From the NCBI GenBank assembly GCA_964016885.1, contig OZ024763.1, positions 13,206,001 through 13,270,000 of the forward strand: a DNA stretch of 64,000 bases. The letters run 5' to 3'. Made by a program: the position numbers and the translations under genes. This document shows, in pieces, positions 1 to 13,510 of the stretch. The notes below the pieces were generated by a model, which searched no databases, had not been told where the DNA came from, and saw only the letters and a list, made by a program, of their open reading frames with translations. Source of the DNA: Eledone cirrhosa (lineage: Eukaryota). Each line of letters starts with the position of its first letter. Within the stretch, counting starts at the first letter, position 1.

Positions 1-224
1 AGACATACGGTATTTTAGTATGGAACGACAAGTGGCACTAACGTAACGTGGTGTATAACTAGAGTGTATATAACAGCAGTGACACGGATGTATATAACAG
101 GAATATATATATAACACCAGCTTATATATAACAAAGTATATACAATATTACGATTTTATTGAGTCATTTGGACGGTTTGAAATTTGAAAATGTTGAGATA
201 CAAACAATGCCGGGTGGTTTATGA

Positions 225-505
225 TTTAGGCACGAAGCCAATAATTGTAGAGAGAGGGGAAAGTTGATTAAATCGACCCCAGTGTATTACTGGTAGTTTA
301 TTTTATCGACCACGTAAGGATGAAAGGTAAAGTTAACCTCGGTGGTATTTGAAATAATAATGATAATAATTGTTGCTACTTAAGGCACAAGGCCAGCAAG
401 TTGAAGGGAAGGGGAAAGTCGATTATATCGAACCAGTGTATTACTGGTACTTTATTTTATCGATGAAAGGATGAAAAGCAAAGCTAACCACGGCGGTATT
501 TGAAA
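225..505 (-). mobile_element. Two 5'-truncated copies of SINE family 1 (tRNA-derived, Nin-type domain)
   Basis: Reverse complement of CCGAGGTTAACTTT..CCTTTCATCCTTACG..GTCGATAAAATAAA..ACCAGTAATACACTGG at 225-355 and 372-505. Confidence 0.8.
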
Positions 506-559
506 CGACAATGATAATAGTAATTTTAAATCGATCGGCAAAATGCCAGACCCAATTCT

Positions 560-778
560 CTTACTGAGTGAGATGTAACCCGTCAAATCGGACCGAGGAA
601 ACAATGTTTCCATTGGTCCTTCCATTGCAGATACTATCTACCGGTCACAACTCCAGACAGAAACAGGAACATGGAATATATTGCCTTGCTCAAGGACATA
701 ACGCATCGTCCGGTCCGGGAATCGAATTCGCAACCTTACGATTGCGAATCCGACCCGCTAACCACTAAGCCAAGCGTT
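560..778 (-). mobile_element. SINE family 2 (tRNA head plus GGAAACATTGTTTCC body)
   Basis: Minus strand has A-box TGGCTTAGTGG, B-box-like AATTCGATTCC, then TGTCCTTGAGCAAG; homologous to 44320-44510 and 59160-59370. Confidence 0.75.
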
Positions 779-898
779 AGAAAATCGTATAATTGTACTC
801 GATTTTCAAACGCTAAAGGTAAGGTACTTTGAGTGGAATCCGAGAGATAGATTTCAATACTTAGCAGTGGTTGCTGGCTCCTTATTTCCCGTCCTTAA

Positions 899-1175
899 CC
901 CTTTAGCATTCACATTACTCTATATCTACTATTATATTTTTGTAGTAAAGGCTTTATCCCACATAATATCGAATCTATGAGATATTGATATTATTTATTT
1001 TGAGAAAGTACCAGTAATGCACTGGTTAATTGCTGGCCTTGTGCCTAAAGTAGAAACAATTATTTATTTTGAGAACTATACTTTAACGTCAGTATAAGCG
1101 GCCGGTTACGACAGGTTTGAACAGAAAGAGGTAACAGAATTCTGGCCAGATACGGCCTGTTTAAATGCTAAAGGG
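899..1175. mobile_element. piggyBac-type MITE with an internal SINE 3' fragment
   Basis: TTAA|CCCTTTAGCATT ... AATGCTAAAGGG|TTAA; the same TIR starts again at 63972. Confidence 0.8.
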
Positions 1176-1209
1176 TTAAAGGTAATCTAATGCGATTTTC
1201 TAATGCTTT

Positions 1210-1372
1210 CCAGCACGGACGCCATACTTTCGAGCATAGTTACGTCCCTTTACGGTCTGAGTTCAAATCCCGCCGAGGTTCACTTTGCCTTTCATCCTTA
1301 CGGGGTCGATAAAATAAAGTACCAGTAATACACTGGGGTAATTGCTGGCCTTGTGCCAAAAGTAGAAACAGT
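1210..1372 (+). mobile_element. SINE family 1
   Basis: B-box GAGTTCAAATCCC followed by TTTGCCTTTCATCCTTACGGGGTCGATAAAATAAAGTACCAG. Confidence 0.85.
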
Positions 1373-1603
1373 TGTTACCACTATTACTGTAGCGACTCTG
1401 TGTTTACATATACGATGTATATGTAATATAAACATATGTGGGTCTCGCTATGATTTGTTGCTTTTTCTTAAGTTATGTTAAAGATGTGATCATGTCATGT
1501 ACCAGAGTCGCGTACGAGGGGTCGGTTCCCTCCGTCAGAACCCTCTGGAAGGCTTGACTGAGGACCTCCCACGACACACACACACACACACACACGACTT
1601 ACC

Positions 1604-1887
1604 CCGGAAATAAGCGGGCGAAGAAGAAGTAGAAAAAGAAAACGAAGAAGAAGAAGAAGGTATAAACCAAGGTGAATCTAACCTGTGTTGTGGTATTTTC
1701 CCGGAAGTGAACCAGAGATGTCGCCGTCCACGTTGTCGTCTCCGAGGTCGGACGAGACTCGGGAGAAACGAAACCGACATGTCTCGCCCGTCTCGCCGCT
1801 GGAGAAGACGATGACGACGCCGCCGCCGCCGCCCCATTGCCATGGAAACCGTAGTTAAGCCTACAGGAGATGGAGGTTTTCGGCATG
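1604..1887 (-). CDS. Candidate host exon (possible first coding exon), product unknown
   Basis: CpG-rich unique sequence ending in a consensus donor GGG|GTAAGT (plus-strand 1598-1603 ACTTAC). Two frames are open to the donor: MPKTSIS...LVYTFFFFFVFFFYFFFARLFP with a hydrophobic stretch, and MAMGRRRR...PAYFR. The true frame cannot be decided. Confidence 0.35.
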
Positions 1888-1984
1888 CCGCGTCCTACCC
1901 CACCACACAAACTGGGTGGAACGCTGTCTGCACCGCCCCACCACCTCAACTATACATCTGTGCCGCCCTTCTACAGCGTTTCAG

Positions 1985-2350
1985 CGTGTCAGGGTATCCA
2001 CGTGTCTAGATGTTCGAGTATCTGGGTATCCAGGTGTCCAGGTATCCGGGTATCTAGGTGTCCGGGTATCCAGAGGGCCAGGTATCCAGAGGGCCAGGTG
2101 TCCAGAGGGTCAGGTGTCCAGAGGGTCAGGTGTCCAGAGGGCCAGGTGTCCAGAGGGCCAGGTATCCAGAGGGCCAGGTATCCGTGTAGTATCCAAGTGT
2201 CTCGATGTCCGTGTGTCAGCTATCCGGGTAACCAGGTGGCCGAATACCCAGGTATCTGGGTATCCAGGTGTCCGCGTATCCGAATGTCCGTGTGTCAGGT
2301 GTTCGGGTGTTCACGGGCCCGATGTAGGGGGTAGGGGTCCGGTATCCGTG
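1985..2350. repeat. GC-rich 17-bp minisatellite (CCAGGTGTCCAGAGGGY) decaying to 8-9 bp subunits
   Basis: Direct tandem copies, most regular at 2068-2183. Confidence 0.85.
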
Positions 2351-2384
2351 TAGTTTCTTCGGCGGTGGTGTGTAGGTTGCGCAG

Positions 2385-3410
2385 CGCGGGAATTTAAACG
2401 GCGAATACAACACTGTCTACAATTCCCACTTTACGTCTGTGTTTTTGTTTCAACAGCATGTCCGGTGTAGGGGGGGGGGGGAGGCCCAGTGGCGTGGCTG
2501 GGAGTGTGGTGGTGGTGGTGGTGTGGTGTGGTGGTGGTGTGGTGGAGAGGCCCAGTGGCGTGGCTGGGAGTGTGGTGTGGTGGCGGTGTGGTGTGGTGGC
2601 GGTGTGGGCGGTGGTGGTGGTGTGGTGGTGGTGTTCTGTGTTACAGTGTGTGGAGGCCCAGTGGCGTGGCTGGGTGTGTGGTGTGGTGGTGGTGTGGTGG
2701 AGAGGCCCAGTGGCGTGGCTGGGTGTGTGGTGTGGTGGCGGTGTGGTGTGGTGGCGGTGTGGTGTGGTGGCGGTGTGGGCGGTGGTGGTGTTCTGTGTTA
2801 CAGTGTGTGGAGGCCCAGTGGCGTGGCTGGGAGTGTGGTACTGGTGGTGGTGACGAACGAATGTCACGGAGGGGAGGGGGTGTTGTAGGAGGAGGAGGAG
2901 GAGGAGGAGAATTTAAACGGCGACGGGGGCAGGAAATAAATCGAAAAGTTTGTCCAGTGTATGTACGTCCGTGTTCCAGAGTGGGGGCCCAGCGGCGTGG
3001 CTGGGAGTGTAGTGGTGATGGTGGAGTGGAGTGGTGATGGTGGAGTGGAGTGGTGATGGTGGTGGTGGTGGTGTAGAGGGTGGGGAACTTAAACGGCGTC
3101 GGGGGGAAGGAGATAAATCGAAAGGTTAAGTCCAGTGTCCGTACGGCTGTTATTCGAAGTGAGGGAGGTCCAGTGTCGTGGCTGGAGAGCGTGATGGCGG
3201 TGGTGACGGGTAACAACGGGGTGAGGTGTGTGGGGGTAACGTACGTGTGTGTGGGTGTGTGTGTGGGTGGTAGTGGTGGTGGTGGAGGAGGAGGGGAATT
3301 TAGACGATGAGATGAATCGAAAGGTGCATCCAGTGTCCAAGACCGTACGTCTGTGTTGGGAGGGGAGGTCTAGTGGTGTGGCTGGAGAAAGTGGTGGTGA
3401 CGGCGGGTGG
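2385..3410. repeat. Diverged ~180-210 bp tandem units interleaved with (GT/GGT) low complexity
   Basis: GAATTTAAACGGCG..AAATCGAAA..TCCAGTGT..GTACG..CCAGTGGCGTGGCTGG recurs near 2388, 2908, 3085 and 3296. Confidence 0.7.
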
Positions 3411-3534
3411 CCCTGTGGTGAGGTGGTGGGCAGGTATTTGAAGGGTTCCGGACGGAAGAGAGCAACGGGTAACTGGATCGAATCGAGACAGCGCAGCGTA
3501 GTGTCCAGACGTGGTGGCTGTTTTGAAGAAGAAT

Positions 3535-4014
3535 AGTAGTAGTAGTAGTAGTAGTAGTGGTAGTAGTAGTAGTAGTGGTGGTGGTAGTGGAAGTGGTAGT
3601 GGTAGTAGAATTAGTGGTAGTAGTAGTAGTGGTGGTGGCGGCGGCGGTGGTAGTGGTGGTAGTAGTAGTGGTGGTAGTAGTAGTAGTGGTGGTGGCAGTA
3701 GTAGTAGTAGGGGTAGTAGTAGTGGTAGTAGTAGTAGTAGTGGTGGTGGTGGTAGTGGTAGTAGTAGTGGTAATGTGAGTGGTGGTAGTGTTGTTGTTGG
3801 TGGTAGTAGTAGTAGAAGTGGTGGTGGTGGTGGTAGTAGTAGTAGTGGTGGTGGTGGTGGTGGTAGTGTTGTTGTTGGTGGTAGTAGTAGTAGAAGTGGT
3901 GGTGGTGGTGGTAGTGGTAGTAGTAGTAGTAGTGGAGGTGGTGGTGGTAATGTTAGTGGTGGTAGTGTTGTTGTTGGTGGTAGTAGTAGTGGTAGTGGTA
4001 GTAGTAGTAGTAAC

Positions 4015-4111
<97 letters not shown>

Positions 4112-5774
4112 TTGGTAGTAGTAGTAGTAGTAGTGGTGGTAGTAGTGGTAGTAGTAGTAGTAGTGGTAGTAGTAGTAGTGGTGGTAGTGGTAGTAGTAGT
4201 AGTATTGGTAGTAGTAGTAGTAGTAGTAGTATGAACAACACTTTTCCTGTGTACATGAGCAACAATATTGTTAGTGGTGGTACTGTTGTTGTTGTTGTTG
4301 TTGTTGTTGTTGGGTGTGGTGATGGCGGTGGTGCTGGAGGAATTTGTGTTGATGTTGTGGACAGTAGTAGTAGTAGTAGTAGTATTGGTGGTGGTGGTGG
4401 TGGTAGTAGTTTGTAGTAGTAGTAGTATCGGTGGTGGTGGTGGTAGTTTGTAGTAGTGGTAGTATTGGTGGTGGTGGTGGTAGTAGTTTGTAGTAGTAGT
4501 AGTATCGGTGGTGGTGGTAGTAGTTTGTAGTAGTAGTAGTATCGGTGGTGGTGGTGGTAGTTTGTAGTAGTAGTAGTAGTATTGGTGGTGGTGGTGGTAG
4601 TAGTTTGTAGTAGTAGTAGTATTGGTGGTGGTGGTGGTAGTAGTTTGTAGTAGTAGTAGTAGTGGTGGTGGTGGTGGTGGTAGTTTGTAGTAGTAGTAGT
4701 ATCGGTGGTGGTGGTAGTAGTTTGTAGTAGTAGTAGTATCGGTGGTGGTGGTAGTAGTTTGTAGTAGTGGTAGTATTGGTGGTGGTGGTGGTAGTAGTTT
4801 GTAGTAGTAGTAGTATCGGTGGTGGTGGTGGTAGTTTGTAGTAGTAGTAGTAGTATTGGTGGTGGTGGTGGTAGTAGTTTGTAGTAGTAGTAGTATTGGT
4901 GGTGGTGGTAGTAGTTTGTAGTAGTAGTAGTAGTTTGTAGTAGTAGTAGTATTGGTGGTGGTGGTAGTAGTTTGTAGTAGTAGTAGTATTGGTGGTGGTG
5001 GTAGTAGTTTGTAGTAGTAGTAGTATTGGTGGTGGTGGTAGTAGTTTGTAGTAGTAGTAGTATTGGTGGTGGTGGTAGTAGTTTGTAGTAGTATTGGTGG
5101 TGGTGGTAGTAGTTTGTAGTAGTAGTAGTATTGGTGGTGGTGGTAGTAGTTTGTAGTAGTAGTAGTATTGGTGGTGGTGGTGGTAGTAGTTTGTAGTAGT
5201 GGTAGTATTGGTGGTGGTAGTTTGTAGTAGTAGTAGTATCGGTGGTGGTGGTGGTAGTAGTTTGTAGTAGTGGTAGTATTGGTGGTGGTAGTTTGTAGTA
5301 GTAGTAGTATCGGTGGTGGTGGTGGTAGTAGTTTGTAGTAGTGGTAGTATCGGTGGTGGTGGTGGTAGTAGTTTGTAGTAGTATCGGTGGTGGTGGTAGT
5401 AGTAGTAGTATCGGTGGTGGTGGTAGTAGTAGTTTGTAGTAGTAGTAGTATCGGTGGTGGTGGTAGTAGTTTGTAGTAGTAGTAGTATCGGTGGTGGTGG
5501 TAGTAGTTTGTAGTAGTAGTAGTATCGGTGGTGGTGCTGGTGGTAGTAGTAGTATCGGTGGTGGTGGTAGTAGTAATATTAATAGTGGTGGTGGTAGTAG
5601 TAGTAGTAACAGTGGTAGTGGTAGTAGTGGTAGTGGTAGTAGTAGTAGTGATGATTGTGGTAACAGAAGTAGTAATGGTAGTTTAGTAGTTGTGGTGGTA
5701 GTAGTAGTGGCAATACCAGTAGTAGTAGTAGTAGTAGTGTCAATACCAGTAGTAGTAGTAGTAGTGTCAATACC

Positions 5775-5835
<61 letters not shown>

Positions 5836-5836
5836 A

Positions 5837-5868
<32 letters not shown>

Positions 5869-6120
5869 ATAGTAGTAGTAGTAGTAGTAGAAGTAGTAGT
5901 AGTAGTAGTAGTAGTGGTAGTAGTAGTAGTAGTAGTAGTAGTAGAAGTAGTAGTAGTAGTAGTGGTAGTGGTAGTAGTAGTGGTGGTAGTAGTAGTAGTA
6001 GTAGTGGTAGTAGTAGTAGTGGTGGTAGTAGTAGTAGTAGTAGTGGTGGTAGTAGTAGTGGTGGTAGTAGTAGTAGTAGTAGTAGTGGTGGTAGTAGTAG
6101 TAGTAGTAGTGGTGGTAGTT
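3535..6120. repeat. (AGT/GGT)n trinucleotide field with an internal ~37-40 bp higher-order unit (4395-5520)
   Basis: Repeated AGTAGTAGTAGTATYGGTGGTGGTGGTAGTAGTTTGT; the TTTGT junction shifts the triplet phase in every unit. Confidence 0.9.
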
Positions 6121-6625
6121 TCTGTGATGTCAAGTCATCGTATATTACTGACACAGAGAGAGACAGAAGAAACCAGTTGAAACAATGGTGGCGGTGGCGG
6201 CGAACCTGGCGGTGGCGGTGGTGTGACGGCGCGTGGGTGGTGGTGTCGGGTGGGGGAGGACAGCGACACTTGTGGAACAACTAAACAGCGACAAAACAAG
6301 AGTGGTAATCGGTCGCACGCTTCCCCTCTCCTCCCACTCCTCCCCCTCCCTCCTCCTTCGTCTTCATAACTCTCCCCCTCTTCCTTCTCCCCTTACTTCA
6401 CCTGCCGATCTTTCAAAGCTTTCTTCCACTCCTCCATCTTTCACCAGCACCACCACCAGCACCACCACCAGTACCACCACTACCTCCATCACCACCACAC
6501 CACCACCACCACCACCACTACTACCACCACCAGCACCACCACACCACTAGCACCAGCACCACCACCACCACCAGTACCACCACTAGCACCACCTCCACCA
6601 CTACTACCACTACCACCACCACCAC

Positions 6626-7137
6626 TGCCCAGCAGATGCCAATATAATATCAAAGATTAGTGAAAAGGAGAATATTTATGCAGAACTGATGAGAAATCTG
6701 CAGATACTCCACCCTGATTACACCTTCAGATTTATGCCTGTAATTATTGGGGCACTGGGGTATGTTAGTAACTGCCTCAATACAAATCTTGAGAAGCTAG
6801 GCTTCACAGGAACAGAAAGAACACAACTAGTTAGGAAATTACAAGTACAATCCATTAATGGAACAGTAAAAATATGTAAAACATTCCAAAAAATGTGCAT
6901 CTAATAACTGCATATACACATGTACAGATACAAAGCATATACACATGCACACATACAACTCAAAACATACACATCCACACATACAATAACATCCATATCT
7001 ACACATGCATGCAGACATACATATCTACCTAGTTGATGTTGTGTAAATTCCAATGAGAGAGTCCTGTGTCTATGTTAGAAACCGATTCTCTCTCTCTATT
7101 GGGGAAAGAAATGTGAAATTATAAAACCAGAAGAACA
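6626..7137 (+). mobile_element. 3' end of an R4/Dong-type non-LTR retrotransposon (restriction-like endonuclease C-terminus plus 3' UTR)
   Basis: CPADANIISKISEKENIYAELMRNLQILHPDYTFRFMPVIIGALG matches the EK..Y..L / PVIIGALG pattern of RLE-clade LINEs. Confidence 0.75.
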
Positions 7138-7198
7138 TATATATACATAAATACATACACACATACATACATACATATATAAATACATACATACATAT

Positions 7199-7803
7199 AT
7201 GGTGGCTGCCAACTCGTTTTCGAGTACGGCCACTACTTTATATCCATGTAGGAGAACCCCTACCGATGCGCTGAACGAGTGTGACTTTTTAGTCCAGCCA
7301 GTGACTTGAAAACTCTGGTACAAACACTACACTTGTGACAATTATTGACACATAGTGCTGGGCCCATGGTTCCATGTGACGACAAGTGCAGAGAGATCTC
7401 CAGATATAAAGCAATGCCTGTGCCGTGAAGCTTTTATAGTGAGCAAAGGCACTGCACAAAGCCAGTCCCACTCTCTTAACCAAGATGATATTTACCAAAA
7501 AGAAGAACAAGTCAACATCATTGGATACCATCAGGGTTGCAGGTGTTATATCAGAGTTTTCCTTCTCCTAGAATTCTGCCTTGACAAAGGCTAAGGGGTC
7601 ATCTCTCCCGGTGATTTTGGATGGCCATTGACTCTTAAGAGCTCCTTTGCCCTTTGACAGGTTTTGTTTTTAGTCCTGCAGGATGTGCAAAGTCACCCTC
7701 CTCACCAAGAAACCTTGGTGGGGTTGCCAGTTTAGTCGCCAACGACCCGACCATGAGACAGGTTGTACTGGGATACATGTTACCAGTAGCACCAACTGGT
7801 GAC
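7199..7803 (-). mobile_element. Non-autonomous internally deleted RTE-like element, copy 1
   Basis: Structured 5' region with AGGAGAAGGAAAACTCTGAT joined to a 3' C2H2 remnant HKCSVCTRVFKSLAGLKSH; (TACA)n flanks; near-identical to 20013-20621 and 32484-33094. Confidence 0.7.
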
Positions 7804-7867
7804 ATACATACATACATACATACATACATACATACATACATACATACATACATACATACATACATAC

Positions 7868-8372
7868 ATGATGACTGCAAACTCTGCTAAGAGTACTGCA
7901 ATCGCTTGTCAGATTATAGAGTTTGGTGCACTTTTAGGCTACGGCCAATCACACGAACCTGTAACACATCCTGAACAAGCAGTGCCTGGGCTTTGAAGGT
8001 TTTATTAAGTGGGGAAAGGCCTTGCACTCGACCAATCCCATTCTCTGAGCATTGAAAACACTACCCGAAAAGGAGAATTCGTCAGAAGCCGCAGGTTTAT
8101 TTTCATAGTTTCCCTCTCTTAGAAAAGTGTTGTGACAACAACTGGGGGCCTTTCACTCCCAGATGGGGAAAAAAGTACTATTTGGATGGCCGTTGACTCT
8201 GTTGAGTCCCTCCATCCTTTTCCGGGTGTTGTATTTCATCCCGCATGGTGTCCAAATATCACCCCCCTCATCAAGCAAGTTTGGTGGGGTTGCCAGTTTA
8301 GTCGCCGACGACCCGACCATGAGACAGGTTGTACTGGGTTACATGTTGCCAGTAGCACTCGAGAGACATGAC
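7868..8372 (-). mobile_element. Diverged relative of the internally deleted RTE-like element
   Basis: 8260-8360 is nearly identical to 7693-7792; remainder diverged; ends in GCAGTCATC plus a TACA tail. Confidence 0.55.
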
Positions 8373-8399
8373 AAGCATACATATATACATTGTCGGCTA

Positions 8400-9816
8400 C
8401 AAGTATTTTAAAAAAAACTGACTTTTTAACGGATGTATCTCATCAACCTCTACCAGCAAGCTCTCGCTGGAGATGCAGGGTCGTTGACATTAATAGAAAC
8501 TATATTGGTCCCCAAGAACAAAGACGCCCAATTGGAAAAATGAAATTACCGACCCATTGCATGCCGGAACCTAATGGATAAAATGTATACAGCCTATCTG
8601 AAACTATTTCTTCAAGATCATTGCGACAGTAATAACATCATCACAGGTGAGCAAACAGCTGAGATGAAAGGAGTTTCGTGGGGGTGTTGAGCAACTCCTA
8701 ATTAACAAAACTGCGATGTCGGAGGTGCGGCGACATAGGAGGAACATAGTTATAGTCTGGCTGGGCTACAGGAAAGGATTCGATTCTGTTCCCCACTCGT
8801 GGATGATAGAGGCTCCCCAACTTTCTAAAGTCCCAGACATTATTATCAGCGCCATAGAGAAGCTGTCTTCTTCTTGGGTTACTATCCTAAAGTTAAATAC
8901 AGAGAAGGAGGACTCTATTTTCACTGATAAAATAAAATATCACAGGAGTGTATTTCAAGGAGACAGCCTCTCAGTGATACTATTTATTCTGTCATTAAAC
9001 CCCTTGTCCTTTCCGCTCAAGAAATGTGAAGGATACATAATTGGCTCACAGGAGGACAGAAATACGAACCTAACCCATAATTTCTTTGTGGATGACCTGA
9101 AACTCTATGCCAAGAACATAAAGAGAATGAAGAAAAACCCTTGACCTGGTTACGATGTTCTCGAAGGATATAAGAAAGGAGTTTGGCCAGAATAAATGTT
9201 TATATATGACTGTAAAGCGGAGTAAAACTACAAACCAATTTAGCAACATTTGTATCAATGACCTAACTCTTTTCCCGATATCTGACGAGGATTGCTACAG
9301 ATACCTGGGGATAGACGAGAATATATCCTATAATGGTATTTGTAACAAGGGACACGTAACCAGGGAATATAACACCAGAATAAGAAAAGTATGATCTTCT
9401 GTACTCTCTGTCCACAATAAATCAGTGGCCCACAATGTGGTTGCTGTGCTTGTGCTAACACTGACAGTTGGACGACTTGACTGCTTGATGAAATCCGACC
9501 CATCGATGTAAAAACCGGAAAAATCCTAACTAGTACCGGAAATTTCCACAGCTACAATGACATAGACCGCCTCTACTTGAAACATAAAACAGAGAGACAG
9601 AGGCTTAACATCAATCCAAACAGCATTTGAGTGTCACATCACCCCCCCCCCCGAGATATACAAACCACCAAACAGAGAACCCTATCTATAGAAGAAGCCT
9701 GTCTACGTGAGGTAGATAACATCATGGGAGTTGATGATGAGCTCCTTGTGAAATACTCTCTGCATGATAATCAGAAACTCACACCCATGGAAATTACCCA
9801 GCAATACACCAGTTGA
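8400..9816 (+). pseudogene. Decayed reverse transcriptase of an R4/Dong-type non-LTR retrotransposon
   Basis: Motifs RPIAC.N, WLGYRKGFDSVPHSW, VFQGDSLSVILF, HNFFVDDLKLY, YRYLGI, DIDRLYL; stops and frameshifts. Confidence 0.85.
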
Positions 9817-10258
9817 CCCCTGGTTCTATTATACAAAACAGCTTGTTTTAAAGTGTTTATATTTATCCAAAACCCTTCTATCATGATTTTACGTAAGAAC
9901 CTTTGTTAAGTTATGTTCCAAACACCGGCTTGATAATGAGAAAGTTAGTTATATTACCAAACCCCACCAAATTCTTGATTATTTTCATAATTATTTGAAA
10001 ATCATAGGCAGTGTCTTTCATTCGAAATATGGCAACGAAAACGTTATCTAAAAAATTTTCATCATAATTTTATGTAAGAACCTTTGTTAAGTTATGTTCC
10101 AAACGCCAGCTTAATAATGAGAAAGTTATATTACTAAATCCTTCCAAAATCTTGACCAGTGTCTTTCAATAGAAACATGGCGACGAAAGAATTTAAAAGT
10201 ACTTTTCCTAATCTGGGCTGTTAGTCTTATAGAGCCATTTTGTATATACAGTTATGTT

Positions 10259-10259
<1 letters not shown>

Positions 10260-10306
<47 letters not shown>

Positions 10307-10534
10307 GTATGTGTGTATGTGTATATGGATTCCTATTGCATCATGGCGTGTGTGGAAGGAAAACTAGCACATTACATGTGGTGATGGTGGTGGTGGTGGT
10401 GGTGGTGGTGGTGGTGGGGAAGACAATTTATTCTCCCAAGACCTAACATCAGGAAGAAACAAATCCACATACATCACATCACATACACATATACACACAC
10501 CCACACACGTATATACATACATCACACATACGTA

Positions 10535-10593
<59 letters not shown>

Positions 10594-13469
10594 ACCCATC
10601 ACACACACAAGCATACACATATACACACATACATAAACATCCTACATACATACATGATACACACATATATACATATACACACCCACACACATATATACAT
10701 GATACATATATACATATACACACCCACACATATATATACATGATACATATATACATATACATACATGATACATATATACATGATACACACCTACATACAT
10801 ACATGATACACACATACACACATTACACACCCACACACACATATACACACCCACATACATACATAACACACGCACGTAGATACACACACATACATATACA
10901 CACCCATATACATACATCACACATACATAATCATATATATATATAAATACACACACCCGCATACACATATATATATACACACGCACACATATATATATAC
11001 ACACTCTCAGACATCACATACACATACACATATATATATATAAACACACACCCTCTCTTTCTCTCTTACCCCCCTCTCTTTGTCTATTGTTCTATCCGAA
11101 CCATTTTTTTCCTCAAGAATCTACAACACCTACACAAACAACACAAATACCACCACCAACACCACCACCACCAACACCACCAACAACACCACCATCAACA
11201 CCACCACTTCCACCACTAACACCATCACCACTAACACCAACACCAACACCAACAACAACATCACCATCAACACCACCACCACAACTAACACCACCACCAC
11301 TAACACCAACAACACCACCATCAACACCACCACTAACACCACCACCAACAACAACACCACCACCACTAACAACACCACCACTAACACCAACAACACCACC
11401 ATCAACACCACCACTAACACCACCACCACCAACAACAACAACACCACCATCAACACCACCACCACTAACAACACCACCACTAACACCACCAACAACAACA
11501 ACACCACCATCAACACCATCACTAACAACACCACCACTAACACCACCACCACCAACAACAACACCACCATCAACACCATCAACACCACCACTAACACCAC
11601 CAACACCATCAACACCACCATCAACAACAACAACACCACCACCACCATCAACACCACCACCACCACCACTAACACCAACAACAACACCACCACCACCATC
11701 AACACCACCACCACTAACACCAACAACAACACCACCAACAACACCACCATCAACACCATCAAAGCCAACAACACAACCACTACCACCACCATAAACAAAA
11801 AGACCACCACTACCGCAAACAACAACAACACCACCACCAACACCATCACCACCACCACCAACACCACCACCACTAACACCAACAACAACGATGACGACAC
11901 CACCCCCACCACTATCACCACACCACCACCAACAACAACGATGGCGACACCAAAAACAGAAAACCACAACACCAACACCACCACAACACCACAACACCAC
12001 CACACCACAACATCACCACCACAACAACGATGACGACACCCCTCTACCCAACAACACTGCCCACCACCACCACACCACAACAACAACGATGACGTCATCC
12101 CTCCCCCCAACAACACTGCCCACCACCACCACCACACCACAACAACGATGACGACATCCCTGCCCACCACCACCACCACCACCACCACACCACAACAACA
12201 ACAACAACGACGACACCCCTTCCCCCCAACAACACTGCCTACCACCACCACACCACCACCACCACAACACAACACCACCACCAACATCACAACACAACAC
12301 CAACACCAACAACAACGATGACACCCCTCCCCCCAACAACACTGCCTACCACCACCACACCACCACAACAACAACGACACCCCTCCCCCCACCACCACCA
12401 CTGCCCACCACCACCACCACCACCAACACCACAACACCACCACCAACATCACACCACCACCAACAACAACGATGACACCCCTACCCCCCAACAACACTGC
12501 CTACCACCACCACACCACCACAACAACAACGACACCCCTCCCCCCCCCACCACCACCAACACCACAACACAACACCAACATCACAACACAACACCACCAC
12601 CAACAACAACGATTACGACCCCCCCCAACCAACACTGCCCACCACCACAACACCACCACCACCACCACCAACGATGACGACACCAAAAAAAAACCCCAAA
12701 AAACAGAGTAAAACCACAACAGCAACAACAACAACAACAAAAGAAAAAAAGCAATGAAAGACAAAGCAGACAAGAATTCCTTTAAAAAAATGGATTAACA
12801 ATCAAAGAAGCAGAGGAAACAAAGTTAAAGAAAGAAAGATGTGGATTTAAAGACGATTTATATCAGTTTTTATCTTCCATTAAAAGTATCGGCTGCAGCC
12901 TTCCATTTTGTTTTTTTCCTTAAATTTTTTGCTTCCATTTTTCTATTCTTGTAATGGCTCTAGTTGTGTGTGTATGTATATATCTATATCTGTATGTATG
13001 TGTGTAGGTGTGCCTGTCTGAATGTGTATGTCTGAATGTGTGTGTCTATGTATGTGTGTGTCTATGTATGTGTGTGTGTATGTATGTGTGCCTGTATGTG
13101 TATGTCTGAATGCGTGTGTCTATGTATGTGTGTCTGTATGTGTGTGTGTGTGTGTGTCTGTATGTGTGTGTGTGCGTGTATGCATGTGTGTATATATATA
13201 TATATATATGTATGTGTCTGGATGTATGTGTATGTGTGTATGTATGTGTGTGTATATGTCAGTATGTGTGTGTATATGTGTCAGTATGCGTGTGTATATA
13301 TGTCTGTATGCGTGTGTATAAATGTCTGTATGTGTATGTATGTATATATGTCTATGTGTGTGTGTGTGTATGCCTGTATGTGTGTGTATGTATGTTTATG
13401 TGTGTATGCGCGTAAATGTGCATGTACCATTGTATGTGTGCGTGTCTTTGTCTCTGTATGTGTGTATTC

Positions 13470-13510
<41 letters not shown>

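Noticed and set aside
3300-12500. Poly-S/G/V/L/T and mucin- or extensin-like ORFs
   Set aside because: Trinucleotide repeat fields with phase-shifting units and no splice or domain support
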